Assembly: GCA_031367385.1 (NCBI GenBank) | Contig: JANLPS010000176.1 | Coordinates: 16,304-80,303, forward strand | From: Archangium sp. | Lineage (GTDB): Bacteria; Myxococcota; Myxococcia; Myxococcales; Myxococcaceae | Length of the DNA stretch: 64,000 bases | Direction of reading: 5' to 3' | In this document: in pieces, positions 48,011-59,644 of the stretch | Layout: each line of letters starts with the position of its first letter | How positions within the stretch are numbered: the first letter of the stretch is position 1 | The notes under the pieces: generated by a model | Told to the model about the DNA's origin: nothing | Seen by the model: the letters and a program-made list of their open reading frames with translations, nothing else | Database searches by the model: none | Translations under genes and position numbers: made by a program

Positions 48011-48916
48011 GTGCCTCACCCCCTCGCACCCAGCGCCGCGAGACGAACGCTGCCCACCTATTCGCCACCCGACACATCGGGCCTGGTGGTGCGCCTGCAC
48101 GAGCCCCCGCCGATTTCAGCCGAAGAGCTCGAGGGCCGGTTGACCGCCGCGCTGCTGCCCCTGGCCGCTCGTCGCGCTCGAGCCACCGGTGCGCTCCCGC
48201 ACCTGGGTGACGAGCTGGTGTGGGACCTCGTGGGCTACAGCAACGGCCGCATCGTGCCCTTCATCGCGCGCGCGGCGCACCGCTCGGTGCTGGCGGTCTG
48301 GCCGCACTTCGCTGGTTTGGGTGAAGCGATGGGCGAGGTGCCGGTCGGGTCGAGCGCCGAGGTGTTGTTGACGCTCCCGCGCGAGCACCCGGTGGCGCAT
48401 TTTCAGGGGGCTCCCGCGCGGCTGGCGGTCGAGGTTCACGAGGCGCATCGGCTCACGCTGCCCGCGCTCTCGGCAAAGGCGACGTTCACGCGGCTGGGCA
48501 AGGGCTCGACACTGCAGGCGGTGATGGCCAGGCTGGCGACCGAAGCAGCCGACGAGCGACGCACGGTGCTGCGGGGCCAGGCACGCGCGCAAGTGCTCGA
48601 GCAGGTGGCGAGGCGGCTCGAGTGGGCTCCGCCTTACGAGGTCATCGCCGAAGAGGTGCTGCGTCGGTGGTGGGTGGGCGAAGGGCAGGTGCTCGTGCGC
48701 CTGGGCGTGCCCCTCGATGATCTGACCTCGTCGAGAGACGCCTGGCTCGCTTCTGAGCACGTGAAGGCGGCGGCCGCGCAGGCCATGCGGGTGTTGGTGT
48801 GCGTCGAGGGGTTGATTCGCAGCGGCGCCGTTTCGTCGCCCGCGGCCGATGAAACTGACGCCTTTGGTCGGCTGGCAGACTCACTTCTTGAGAAAGCCAA
48901 GATTGAGCTCGCCTGA
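48011..48916 (+). CDS. Trigger-factor-like protein (FKBP-like plus helical C domain, no ribosome-binding domain)
   Basis: LGDELVWDLVGYSNG...FAGLGEAMGEVPVG...LTLPREHP...GAPARLAVEVHEA parallels the TF FKBP domain; the GFRxGKxP motif is absent. Confidence 0.7.
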   Translation: MPHPLAPSAARRTLPTYSPPDTSGLVVRLHEPPPISAEELEGRLTAALLPLAARRARATGALPHLGDELVWDLVGYSNGRIVPFIARAAHRSVLAVWPHFAGLGEAMGEVPVGSSAEVLLTLPREHPVAHFQGAPARLAVEVHEAHRLTLPALSAKATFTRLGKGSTLQAVMARLATEAADERRTVLRGQARAQVLEQVARRLEWAPPYEVIAEEVLRRWWVGEGQVLVRLGVPLDDLTSSRDAWLASEHVKAAAAQAMRVLVCVEGLIRSGAVSSPAADETDAFGRLADSLLEKAKIELA

Positions 48917-48985
48917 GTTGGATCGCCTGGGCCTTGGTGTGAGAAGGTGGGCGGCCCCTTTTTCTCTTTCGCAGGAGCCGTTCTC

Positions 48986-50200
48986 ATGGCCGCCGTCAGA
49001 CCCGCTGTCGTTTCAGTACCCGCTGCGCCGCCCAAGCCGGTGGTCGCACCGGTCGTCGTCGCCGCGCACACCGTCGTCGCGGTGACTCCGGCGAGCACCC
49101 CGACCAGCACGCCGATCAGCGACGTTTTCGTCTCGAGCAACGCGGCGAAGCCGAGCACGCAGGTGATCGAGCTCGGCGCGCAAAAGCTCGACCCGACCAC
49201 GCCCTTCGAAGTGACAGGCATCGACCGCAGCCGCCCCATCGCCTACGTCGAAGCGAAGACCCTCGACGGCAAACCGGTCACCGTGCACGTCGGCGCCGAC
49301 GCGCAGAAGGCACAGGCGTTCGGCTCGGCCGCCAACCCCGGCTTCGACAAGCCGCTCTTCGGCGACGTGCTGCTCACCGGCGACAGCAAGGTCACCTCGG
49401 TCAAAATTCACTACGCCGACCCGACGGCTTCGAACGTCGACTACTTTTCAATCAACCCGGCCAAGCAAGGCATGGTCGACGGCCAGGAAATGCGCCTCGC
49501 GTTGCCTCCGAACCGCGCCACGGGTGAAGAGATTCAGGTCATCGAGGTCTCGTACTGGGCCCCCGTTCGCCAGTGGAACCTCACGACCGGCCGCGAAGAG
49601 AAGCCCACGTATTCTGATTGGTACGTCGACGATCGCCACCTGCAGCACAAGTTCATCGACCCCAACCAAGACGCGGGCAACGTGCCCGAGGTCGACAACA
49701 TCTACCCGTCGAACAGCAATGACCCCGGCTCACTCGGCCCCGCCGGCGCGGCCATTCGCATCGTCGCCGAGAGCAAGAAAATCCCCTCCACCGAGCGGGC
49801 GATGACGGTGCAGTGGGTCAAGGTCACCTACAAGCCCAAAGACACCGAGGTGAAGACCCAGAGCTTCAAGGGCGAGGCGCTGCCCAACGGAGAATGGAAG
49901 GGCAAGTGGATCAACACCGGCGAGAGGATCGCGCTCAACCTCGAGCCCGGTCGCGCCGTCGACCGCGTCGAGATTCACTGGTCAGACAAGCCCGATGACT
50001 ACGGCTACGAGACCCCCGGCAAGTGGGCGGTCGGCACGCTGCAGATCGATGGCAAGACGGTCGGTACGGCCCGCGAGCACGTCGGCAGCCCCGCGTGGCA
50101 GTTCTTCGAGGGCAATGGCATGAAGGGCAACAAGCTTGAGCTGCTCGCGCAAGACTCGCCGATCAAGCTGTTCGAAGTGAACGTTCACTACAAGAAGTGA
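48986..50200 (+). CDS. Hypothetical protein with a Pro/Val-rich leader and tandem beta-rich repeats
   Basis: AGGAG RBS before ATG 48986; strong codon bias; repeated segments ending in V-x-[IV]-x-Y. Confidence 0.85.
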   Translation: MAAVRPAVVSVPAAPPKPVVAPVVVAAHTVVAVTPASTPTSTPISDVFVSSNAAKPSTQVIELGAQKLDPTTPFEVTGIDRSRPIAYVEAKTLDGKPVTVHVGADAQKAQAFGSAANPGFDKPLFGDVLLTGDSKVTSVKIHYADPTASNVDYFSINPAKQGMVDGQEMRLALPPNRATGEEIQVIEVSYWAPVRQWNLTTGREEKPTYSDWYVDDRHLQHKFIDPNQDAGNVPEVDNIYPSNSNDPGSLGPAGAAIRIVAESKKIPSTERAMTVQWVKVTYKPKDTEVKTQSFKGEALPNGEWKGKWINTGERIALNLEPGRAVDRVEIHWSDKPDDYGYETPGKWAVGTLQIDGKTVGTAREHVGSPAWQFFEGNGMKGNKLELLAQDSPIKLFEVNVHYKK

Positions 50201-50209
50201 CGGTGTTTC

Positions 50210-50234
50210 ACGAGGGGCCGAAGGGCCCTTCGTG
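50210..50234. terminator. Hairpin between convergent genes
   Basis: CACGAGGGGCC...GGCCCTTCGTG stem containing one G-U pair. Confidence 0.6.
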
Positions 50235-50264
50235 CCCACCAGGGCGAACGGGCTTCAGGTTCGC

Positions 50265-50618
50265 TTAGACGGCGTCGGTGTTGACTAGGCGCTTGTAGAA
50301 GGCCTGGAGCTCGGCGTCTGAGGTGAACTTCGGAGCGTTGTTGGTGAGGGCGCGAAACACCCGCTCGAAGGTCGCCAAGTCGAGCAGCCGCAGTGTCAAG
50401 CTGCTGCCGTCTTTGCCGACGAAGCGCGCGCCGGTGGTGAGCTCGCCCTTCTCGAAGCGCACGAAGCGCTGGTGCGGCCGCTGGGTGTCTCGAAAGCGAA
50501 GCTCGGGGCGCTCATCAAAGTACTCCACGTTGCCCGCGATGGTCGGCGCCGGCACCGAGAGCCGCGTCGGGTCTTCGACCCAATACACGGTGTTGAAATC
50601 GATTCGCGGCGCCCTCAC
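50265..50618 (-). CDS. Small hypothetical protein, putative immunity/partner
   Basis: 117 aa from GTG 50618, GTGA-coupled to the stop of the upstream gene. Confidence 0.72.
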   Translation of the reverse strand: MRAPRIDFNTVYWVEDPTRLSVPAPTIAGNVEYFDERPELRFRDTQRPHQRFVRFEKGELTTGARFVGKDGSSLTLRLLDLATFERVFRALTNNAPKFTSDAELQAFYKRLVNTDAV

Positions 50619-52291
50619 GGCGTGACTCCCAACAACGGCGCCGCCTGCTTCCAGTTCTGCGCGACCACGATGGCTTGCTCGAGCGACTTGTCTCCGATTT
50701 TCGAGATACCCTGCGCCTTGAGCAGGGTGATCAGCTCGGCCTTCTTGTCTTCGCTCTGCACGATGGCGTGGGTGAAGGTCGACGCGCGAACTCCAGAGCG
50801 AAACATCGCCTCGTTGCCGAACGCGAAGTTGGTCGAGGGCCCGGTGGTGCCGCCCCACGACGGGGTGGCTTCAATCGCCGCCACCAGCTTGTCGACGACC
50901 TTGCGGTCTGAATAGCTGCACTGCTCGTTGCCAATGTAGGTGACCGCCTGGCTGCTGGTGACCAAACCCTTGGTCACTTCTGAGCGCGAGACGTTGTTTC
51001 CGAAGCAGTCAGACGGGTACGCGTGCCAATCGGTGCGCGAGAGCAGCTCGGTCAAAGGGGCACCGGTCGTCACCAGCTGCGCTTGCCCCGCGGCGAACGA
51101 GTTGCCGATGGGCGCGTCGTTGTTGAACGCGTGGGTGGTGAGCAGCCGGGTGAAGGCATAGTTCGAGCCGCCGGTTCGCTCATCAGAGGTCGACGACGCG
51201 CCGGGCCGGTGAATGCCGCGGCCGTAGCGCTCATTGGTGCTCATCAAGCCATCGCTGCCCAAGATGCGAGCGATAGAATCGAGCTGGCCGACACCGACCA
51301 TTAGGCCGCGAACGCCAGCCTTTTGGTACGACTCGCCCAGCGCCGGGTCGACCAACGTCACATGCCCGGGGAAGACCTCTTTGACCGTGGCCTTGGCCAG
51401 GCGAGCGGCGTCGATGCCCGCGGCGCTCAGCGCGGTGTTCATCTCGTCGACGGTGAGGCCGGCGAGTTTCGGGCCCAGCTCTTCTTCGGCCTTGGGCGCC
51501 ACCACGTGGAGCAGCTCGAGGCGCTTGGTCTTCTCGATTTGAGTCGCGTCGGCGTCAGCGAACAACGGCTCGAGGCCCAGCGCTTTCGTCGCGGCGTCGA
51601 AGTTGGTCTTTCGCTCGGCGTCGGTCGCGCCGAACACCCGCACGCGCAGCCGGTCGCGGTAGGCCTGGCTGGCGCTGCCGGTCGGCAAGAACTCGACGGT
51701 GTACTTGCCGGGCACTTCGACCTTGTTGGTCATCACGTTGCCAGAGTCGTTCATCGGCCTGTACGGGTCTTTGGCGTCGAGGCGGGTCGCGCCGTCTTTG
51801 AACTCGGCGTGCTCGACTTGAAACGGCACGGTACTGGCGCCGGCGAACGCGTTGGCCTTGAACTTGTCAGAGAGCGCCTTAGACGCGTCTTCGGTGAGGC
51901 GCATCGACAGCTCAGTGCCTGGCAGCGAGTCGGGGTTGACGATTTGGCGGGCACGAACCTCCATGCCCTCGAGCGCGCCGCCATCGAGCCAGAAGGCACG
52001 ACCACCGGCGGTGGCTCCGATTTGGGTCAGCTTGTCGACGGGCAGTCGGGTCGAGACCTGCAGTGACGGCGGGCTCGACGCCGAGGGTGCGATCGGGGTG
52101 GCGGCGCTGGGCTCGAATTCTGAGTCGGCCCGGCCGACGTTGACGTTGACGGTGCCGGGCGTACCCGCAGCCCATGGGCCCGGCATCGCGGGCTTGGTTT
52201 CAGGGACGACCGGGTCAACGGTGTCGGCGGTATCGGTCGGCTTCGGAGTGACGGGGACGTTCGCGACGGTAGCGCCGGTGACAGGGGGCAT
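50615..52291 (-). CDS. Putative toxin/effector with a C-terminal ADP-ribosyltransferase-fold (DarT-like) domain
   Basis: Pro/Thr-rich leader; SIARILGSDGLMS...GGSNYAFTR...GNEAMFRSGVRASTFTHAIV parallels the DarT/DUF4433 layout. The CDS is secure; the function is inferred. Confidence 0.6.
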   Translation of the reverse strand: MPPVTGATVANVPVTPKPTDTADTVDPVVPETKPAMPGPWAAGTPGTVNVNVGRADSEFEPSAATPIAPSASSPPSLQVSTRLPVDKLTQIGATAGGRAFWLDGGALEGMEVRARQIVNPDSLPGTELSMRLTEDASKALSDKFKANAFAGASTVPFQVEHAEFKDGATRLDAKDPYRPMNDSGNVMTNKVEVPGKYTVEFLPTGSASQAYRDRLRVRVFGATDAERKTNFDAATKALGLEPLFADADATQIEKTKRLELLHVVAPKAEEELGPKLAGLTVDEMNTALSAAGIDAARLAKATVKEVFPGHVTLVDPALGESYQKAGVRGLMVGVGQLDSIARILGSDGLMSTNERYGRGIHRPGASSTSDERTGGSNYAFTRLLTTHAFNNDAPIGNSFAAGQAQLVTTGAPLTELLSRTDWHAYPSDCFGNNVSRSEVTKGLVTSSQAVTYIGNEQCSYSDRKVVDKLVAAIEATPSWGGTTGPSTNFAFGNEAMFRSGVRASTFTHAIVQSEDKKAELITLLKAQGISKIGDKSLEQAIVVAQNWKQAAPLLGVTP

Positions 52292-52491
52292 GGGGTGGCG
52301 AACCTACATCAGACACCCTGGGCTCGAAAAGGCGTTGGCCGGCGCCAAGTACCTGAAATGAATCAGGAGTCGGGTTCAGACCAGAGAATTGTCACCCTCG
52401 AAGCGTGGGCATCAGGCCTGGGTCATTGGTCGAAGCGAAGTCGCGCTCGAACCAAGTGCGCGCTCGCCCCAGAGTGCGGTGTGATGCACCG

Positions 52492-54207
52492 ATGATGACG
52501 AGTGACACGAACATTGGCTGGAGCGGGTGGCGCCGCCTTGAGGAATGGGCACTGCCGAAGAAACACCGGCAGGCCATTCACGCAATGTTCCTGCTCCGCT
52601 TGTGGACCTTCGGGTGCGTCATCGCCTTGGTGTTTGGCACGGTCGCGATGCGCGAACGGCTGTGGTGGTTGGTGGGCTGCATGTTTGGGGTCTTCTTCTG
52701 CGCGTTCGCGGGGTGGCTCACGCTGCGAAAGACCGAGCGAATTGCCGCCAGCATTCGGGTCACCCTGGTCTTGTTGGCCATACCCTTTTTCGGCGCGGGG
52801 TTGCTGCAGAACCCGTTCAACCCGCTGGTCGCTCCGTTCTTCGTGCTCTTACCGGTCACCGCCAGCTTCGCGCTCTCGCGCACCGAGAGTTTCTGGTGGT
52901 TGGCGGTCAGCGTGGTGCTCGTCGCGCTCAATGAGTGGTTGGGCGCGACGGGGCACCATCTGCAGGGCCCCCTTCGCCAACACCTCGGCGCCGTCGGGGC
53001 GGTGAACGTCGCCGCGCTCGTCATCGTGGTGGTCTCGACCTTTCGCTGGTTCATCGAGCTGCAACGGCTGACCGTCGAGCGGCTCGAGCGGTCGAACCAG
53101 GCAAAAGACACCTTTCTGGCGAACAGGGGCCACGAAATTCGCACGCCGATGAACGGAGTGCTCGGGCTCACCGACCTGCTCTTGACCACGCCATTGCAAC
53201 CCGCCCAACGCGAGTCGCTCGAGCTGGTGCAGCGCAGCGGCACTGCGATGGTGACCTTGCTCAACGACATGCTCGATTTGTCGCGCGTCGAGCATGGTCG
53301 GCTCGCGGTGCGACCCATGCCCACAGACGTTCGCGCGCTCGCGACTGACGTGGTGGCGCTGTTCACCCCATTGGCGCGCAGCAAAGGCCTCTCGGTGCTC
53401 TGCGAGCTCGACGAGCGCACGCCTCCAGCGGTGATGGTCGACGGGTTGAGGCTGCGCCAAGTGTTGGCCAACCTGTTCAGCAATGCCGTGAAGTTCACCG
53501 ATCGCGGGCAGGTCGTGCTTCAGGTGAGGTGCCATTCGGCGATCACGCCCGGCAGCGTCGAGCTCCGCTTCGAGGTTCGCGACACCGGCGTTGGCATCAG
53601 TGAAGACGCACGGCCTCGGCTCTTTCAGCCCTTCGAGCAAGGCGACGCTTCAACCACTCGGCGCTTCGGCGGCAGCGGCCTCGGGCTCGCGCTGTGTCAG
53701 AAGCTGGTCGGGCTGCTCGGCGGCGGCAGCATCGTCGTCGAGAGCGAGCGTGGCCGCGGCTCGTCGTTTGGGTTTTCGATATCGGCGCAGGTCACCGCCG
53801 CCGATGCGCAGGTGGCCTCGTCACCGTCACCGATACCTCAGCGGCCGCGGCTGCCGGTGTTGGTCGTCGACGACAACGCGATCAACGTTCGAGTCACCCG
53901 AGGTCTGGTCGAGCGGGCCGGGTTTCGAGTCGTCACCGCGAACAATGGCCGCGAGGCGCTCGAAGCCGTGCAACGCGAAGCCTTTGGCCTCGTTCTGATG
54001 GACTGCCACATGCCGGAGATGGATGGCTTCGAGGCCACCCGTCAGCTGCGAGCCGGAGATAGCACGCGCTCGCTGCCGGTGGTGGCGGTGACCGCGTCGG
54101 CACTCGAGACCGAGCGCGCGGCCTGCCTCGCTGCTGGCATGAATGACTGTCTGACCAAGCCACTGTCAGCCGTCGAGCTCAAACGCGTGCTGGCCATGGT
54201 CAGCTGA
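52492..54207 (+). CDS. Membrane-bound hybrid histidine kinase/response regulator
   Basis: TM region; [25 protein letters not shown] and GSGLGL motifs; receiver [11 protein letters not shown]. Confidence 0.93.
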   Translation: MMTSDTNIGWSGWRRLEEWALPKKHRQAIHAMFLLRLWTFGCVIALVFGTVAMRERLWWLVGCMFGVFFCAFAGWLTLRKTERIAASIRVTLVLLAIPFFGAGLLQNPFNPLVAPFFVLLPVTASFALSRTESFWWLAVSVVLVALNEWLGATGHHLQGPLRQHLGAVGAVNVAALVIVVVSTFRWFIELQRLTVERLERSNQAKDTFLANRGHEIRTPMNGVLGLTDLLLTTPLQPAQRESLELVQRSGTAMVTLLNDMLDLSRVEHGRLAVRPMPTDVRALATDVVALFTPLARSKGLSVLCELDERTPPAVMVDGLRLRQVLANLFSNAVKFTDRGQVVLQVRCHSAITPGSVELRFEVRDTGVGISEDARPRLFQPFEQGDASTTRRFGGSGLGLALCQKLVGLLGGGSIVVESERGRGSSFGFSISAQVTAADAQVASSPSPIPQRPRLPVLVVDDNAINVRVTRGLVERAGFRVVTANNGREALEAVQREAFGLVLMDCHMPEMDGFEATRQLRAGDSTRSLPVVAVTASALETERAACLAAGMNDCLTKPLSAVELKRVLAMVS

Positions 54208-54225
54208 AGCGCAAAGGCCGGCTCC

Positions 54226-55875
54226 CTATTCAGCGCGGTAGACATCGCTGCCGTCGACCACGGTGACTTGCACCTTCGCCGAGATGAGGCCCTTGGGGTC
54301 TCCTTCGACAGGGTCGACCGGCAAGACCACGAAGTCGGCGTCGAAGCCGACCGCGAGCTGACCACGCTTGGTCTCGGCGAATGACGCGTAGGCCCCGCCC
54401 GTGGTGAACCCCGCGAGCGCTTCGAGGGCAGTCACTTTTTGCTCGGGGTGCCAGCCACCCACCGGTTGGCCCTGCTGATCTTGCCGGGTTCGCGCTGAAT
54501 ACAAGCCCCACAGCGGGTTCGGGTCTTCGACGGGAAAATCGCTGCCGAACGCGACGTGCGCGCCGGTCTCGAGCACGGAGCGCCAGGCGTAGGCGAAGCG
54601 AATGCGCTCGGCTCCGACCCGCTGCTCGGCCCAGGGCATGTCACTGGTCGCGTGGGTCGGCTGAAAGCTGGCGATGAGCCCCGACTTCGCGAACCTCGGC
54701 ACGTCGGTTGGGCTGAGAATCTGCGCGTGCTCGACGCGATGCCGGCCTTCGGGCCCCAGCTTCGAGAGGGTCTCGATGACGAGCGAGTTGGCGCGGTCTC
54801 CGATGGCGTGCACCGCGACTTGAAAGCCGCGGGCCGCGAACTGCTTGGCCTTGGCCTCGAGCTGATCAGGGGTGATCAACAGCAAGCCCGTCTGATCAGC
54901 CGCGTCACTGTACGGAGCCGCCATCGCCGCTCCGCGCGACCCCAGCGCCCCGTCGGCGAGCAACTTCACCGCGCGCATCTCGAGGTGGCGCCCCGCAAAA
55001 GGGCCCAGGCCCAGGTAGGTCTCGGCCTCACTGCCCTGCCCGTCGGCCATCGCGTAGACCCGAATCGGCAGCACGCCCACCGCGTCCCAGCTCTGCAGCA
55101 ACTTGAAGGTCGCCAGGTCCATGCCCGCGTCGTGCACCTGGGTCAGCCCCAGCCGGGCGCAGGTCTCGATCGCCACTTTGAGCCGCCGCTGCGCCACCGC
55201 CTCGCTCGCCTCGGGGATCTTGCCGTTCAGCAGATCCATCGCGTTGTCGATGAGCACTCCGGTGGGTTCGCCCTTCGCGTCGCGCTCGATGCGGCCACCA
55301 GCGGGGTCTTTGGTCGCGGCCGTGATGCCCGCGCGTCGCAGCCCCTCTGAGCTCAGCCACGCCGCGTGGCCGTCGATGCGCGAGAGGTACACCGGCACGT
55401 TCGGCACCACCGCGTCGAGGCTGGCCTTCGTCGGGTACGCCTTCACCACCCAGTCGTTCTGATCCCACCCTCGGCCGACGAGCCAGTCACCCTCGTGCGC
55501 CGCGGGGTTCTTCACCGCCGCCGCGACCAGGGCCGCCGCTTCGGCTTCGGTGTGCGCATCGTTGAGCGCGGCGATCGACAACGAGCGACCCAGCGACGCG
55601 AGGTGCACGTGCGAGTCGATCAACCCCGGCACGATGGTGGAGTCGGGGAACGCCTCGACCGCAGCGTCAGACCCGGCGATCTCGAGGGCCTCGCGCTTGC
55701 TACCGATGAACAGCACCTTGCCCTCGCGCATCACCAACGCCTCGGCGGTCGGCTGCGCCGGGTTCATGGTGTGAATCAGCCGCGCCGAGAACACCACGTT
55801 GCGAATGGCCATCTGACCCTCAGGCGGGCGGTGCACGCACGCGCAGAGCACGAGCGCGAGGAGCAGCCGCTTCAC
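54226..55875 (-). CDS. Amidohydrolase_3 (YtcJ-like)
   Basis: PGLIDSHVH, RIDGHAAW, DGALGSRGA, HAIGD, RVEHAQ and GSDFP motifs. Confidence 0.93.
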   Translation of the reverse strand: MKRLLLALVLCACVHRPPEGQMAIRNVVFSARLIHTMNPAQPTAEALVMREGKVLFIGSKREALEIAGSDAAVEAFPDSTIVPGLIDSHVHLASLGRSLSIAALNDAHTEAEAAALVAAAVKNPAAHEGDWLVGRGWDQNDWVVKAYPTKASLDAVVPNVPVYLSRIDGHAAWLSSEGLRRAGITAATKDPAGGRIERDAKGEPTGVLIDNAMDLLNGKIPEASEAVAQRRLKVAIETCARLGLTQVHDAGMDLATFKLLQSWDAVGVLPIRVYAMADGQGSEAETYLGLGPFAGRHLEMRAVKLLADGALGSRGAAMAAPYSDAADQTGLLLITPDQLEAKAKQFAARGFQVAVHAIGDRANSLVIETLSKLGPEGRHRVEHAQILSPTDVPRFAKSGLIASFQPTHATSDMPWAEQRVGAERIRFAYAWRSVLETGAHVAFGSDFPVEDPNPLWGLYSARTRQDQQGQPVGGWHPEQKVTALEALAGFTTGGAYASFAETKRGQLAVGFDADFVVLPVDPVEGDPKGLISAKVQVTVVDGSDVYRAE

Positions 55876-56936
55876 GGCAAGACCGGTTCGGCGCTGTAGG
55901 TCGACTCGCCGGTCAACGACTCGAGAAACACCTTCACGTCAGCCGCGTCTTTCGCCGAGAGCTTGACCGCTTTGTATGAAGCCTCGCGCTTCTCGTCTTT
56001 CGCGGGGCCTGAGGCCATCTGTGCGATGGCGGCCTCGAGAGTCTTCGCGCTGCCGTCGTGAAAATACGGAGCCGTGAGCGCCACGTTTCGCAGTGAGGGC
56101 GTCATGAACTTGCCGACATCGGCCCCGTCTTTGGTCGCGTCTTTTCGCCCCTCGTCAGCGCCAACCGGCAGCACGACGTGAAACGCGAAGTCACTGAACA
56201 TCGGAGGCACGTGGCAGGTGCCGCAGCCCGAGGCGAGAAACACCTTCTGCCCGTGCTGTTGCTGCTTGCTGAGCGCGGCGGTGTCTCCGTTCGAGAACTT
56301 GTCCCACGGTGAATTGCCCGAGCTGAGCACCCGAAAGAACGAGGCCAAGGCCTTGGGCACGTTGGTCGCCGTGGCGGGCTCGTTGAACGCGCGGGTGAAC
56401 AGCGCCTTGTAGGTGGGCACCGCGTTGAGCTTGGTGGCGACCTCGGCCGGGTCGGCGCCGAGCTGGCCCTTCCACGCCGCGGCGCTGACGGCTTCGAGGG
56501 TCGGCATGCGACCGTCCCAGTAGAACATCGGGTGGGGGCCCAGGTTCAGCACCGAGGGGGAGTTGCGCTTGTTCGGCGAACCACCGAGCTTGGCGTCGAG
56601 CGCGTTGCCCGAGGTGTAGGCCTTGTCGATGTGGTGGCAGGCGGCGCAGGCCATCGAGTCGTCTTTCGAGAGCCGTTTGTCGAAGAACAGCGTGTACCCG
56701 AGGTCGGCTTTCTCGGCGGTGAGCGGGTTGTCATCGGGCGCTTTGACCTCGGGCAAGCCCTTGGGCATCGCCGGCAAGGCAGGCGCCGCGGCGAGCTCGA
56801 TCTTCGGCTCGACCGGAGCCGGGGGCGCTGCAGGCGCAGGTTCGGCCTTCGCAACCGGCTCGGGGGCCGGCGGGGGCGCGCTCTTGCAGCTCGAAAACGA
56901 CAACACCACCATCAGCGCCAGGGTCACTCGGTTCAT
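55872..56936 (-). CDS. Di-haem cytochrome c peroxidase/MauG family lipoprotein
   Basis: Two CxxCH (CAACH, CGTCH); LFFDKRLS, WDGR and TPSLRNVALTAPYFHDG motifs. Confidence 0.93.
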   Translation of the reverse strand: MNRVTLALMVVLSFSSCKSAPPPAPEPVAKAEPAPAAPPAPVEPKIELAAAPALPAMPKGLPEVKAPDDNPLTAEKADLGYTLFFDKRLSKDDSMACAACHHIDKAYTSGNALDAKLGGSPNKRNSPSVLNLGPHPMFYWDGRMPTLEAVSAAAWKGQLGADPAEVATKLNAVPTYKALFTRAFNEPATATNVPKALASFFRVLSSGNSPWDKFSNGDTAALSKQQQHGQKVFLASGCGTCHVPPMFSDFAFHVVLPVGADEGRKDATKDGADVGKFMTPSLRNVALTAPYFHDGSAKTLEAAIAQMASGPAKDEKREASYKAVKLSAKDAADVKVFLESLTGESTYSAEPVLP

Positions 56937-56946
56937 GCGGCGGACC

Positions 56947-57543
56947 TTACCCGCCACCCTTGGCGGCGTGATGCTCAATCTTCTTCTCGATTCGGGAGTC
57001 AGGCACCAGCCAGATCAGCGCCACCGACAGCAGCAGCCCGACCGCGAGAGACGGCTGTACGAAAGCCATCGGCACCGCGGCGAGGTTCAAGACCACTGAG
57101 AGCAGCCCCTTCTTGTCTTGGCCGACCGCCTTGGCCAGCGCCGAGCCAGGCCCTTCACCCCTGATGATGGTCTGTTGCAACACGTAGTAGGCCACCCCGC
57201 ACATCAGCAGCACGAACGCGTAGAGCGCGGTGGGGGCCTGGGCCAGGTGGCTCTCGCCCATCCACTCCGTGGTGAAGGGCACCAGAGAGAGCCAAAACAG
57301 CAAGAACAGGTTCGCCCACAAGGTACGACCGGTCACCTGCTGGGCCAGCTGCAGCATGTGGTGATGGTTGTTCCAATAAATGCCGACGAAGATGAAGCTC
57401 AGCACATAGCTGGCCAGCACCGGCAACACGGGCAGCAGGGCTGCGAAGTCTTCTCCGTGGGGCACCTTGAGCTCGAGCACCATGATGGTGATCAAGATGG
57501 CAATGACGCCGTCGCTGAATGCCTCGACCCGACCCTTGTGCAT
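56947..57543 (-). CDS. TMEM175-family potassium channel
   Basis: RVEAFSDGVIAILITIMVLE and YWNNHHH motifs. Confidence 0.93.
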   Translation of the reverse strand: MHKGRVEAFSDGVIAILITIMVLELKVPHGEDFAALLPVLPVLASYVLSFIFVGIYWNNHHHMLQLAQQVTGRTLWANLFLLFWLSLVPFTTEWMGESHLAQAPTALYAFVLLMCGVAYYVLQQTIIRGEGPGSALAKAVGQDKKGLLSVVLNLAAVPMAFVQPSLAVGLLLSVALIWLVPDSRIEKKIEHHAAKGGG

Positions 57544-57594
57544 ACGTGATGGATAGCGCGAGTCGGGGCTGCACACGCTATGTTCTGAAAGGCC

Positions 57595-59445
<1,851 letters not shown>

Positions 59446-59644
59446 TCTCACGCAGCGAGCGCTCGCATAAATTTGTTCTCGCGGTGCAATCGCGTCGCGT
59501 TGTTCAGCGCGATTCACCACCGTCAGCGCGAAAATGCTCTTCTGATTTCGTGATCATCGTTTGACTTCGATCAACGAAATTTGAGACAAGCGCATTTCCA
59601 GTCGCGGTGAAGGCAGTGGGGGCGCACAACAGTGTGAGGGTGCG

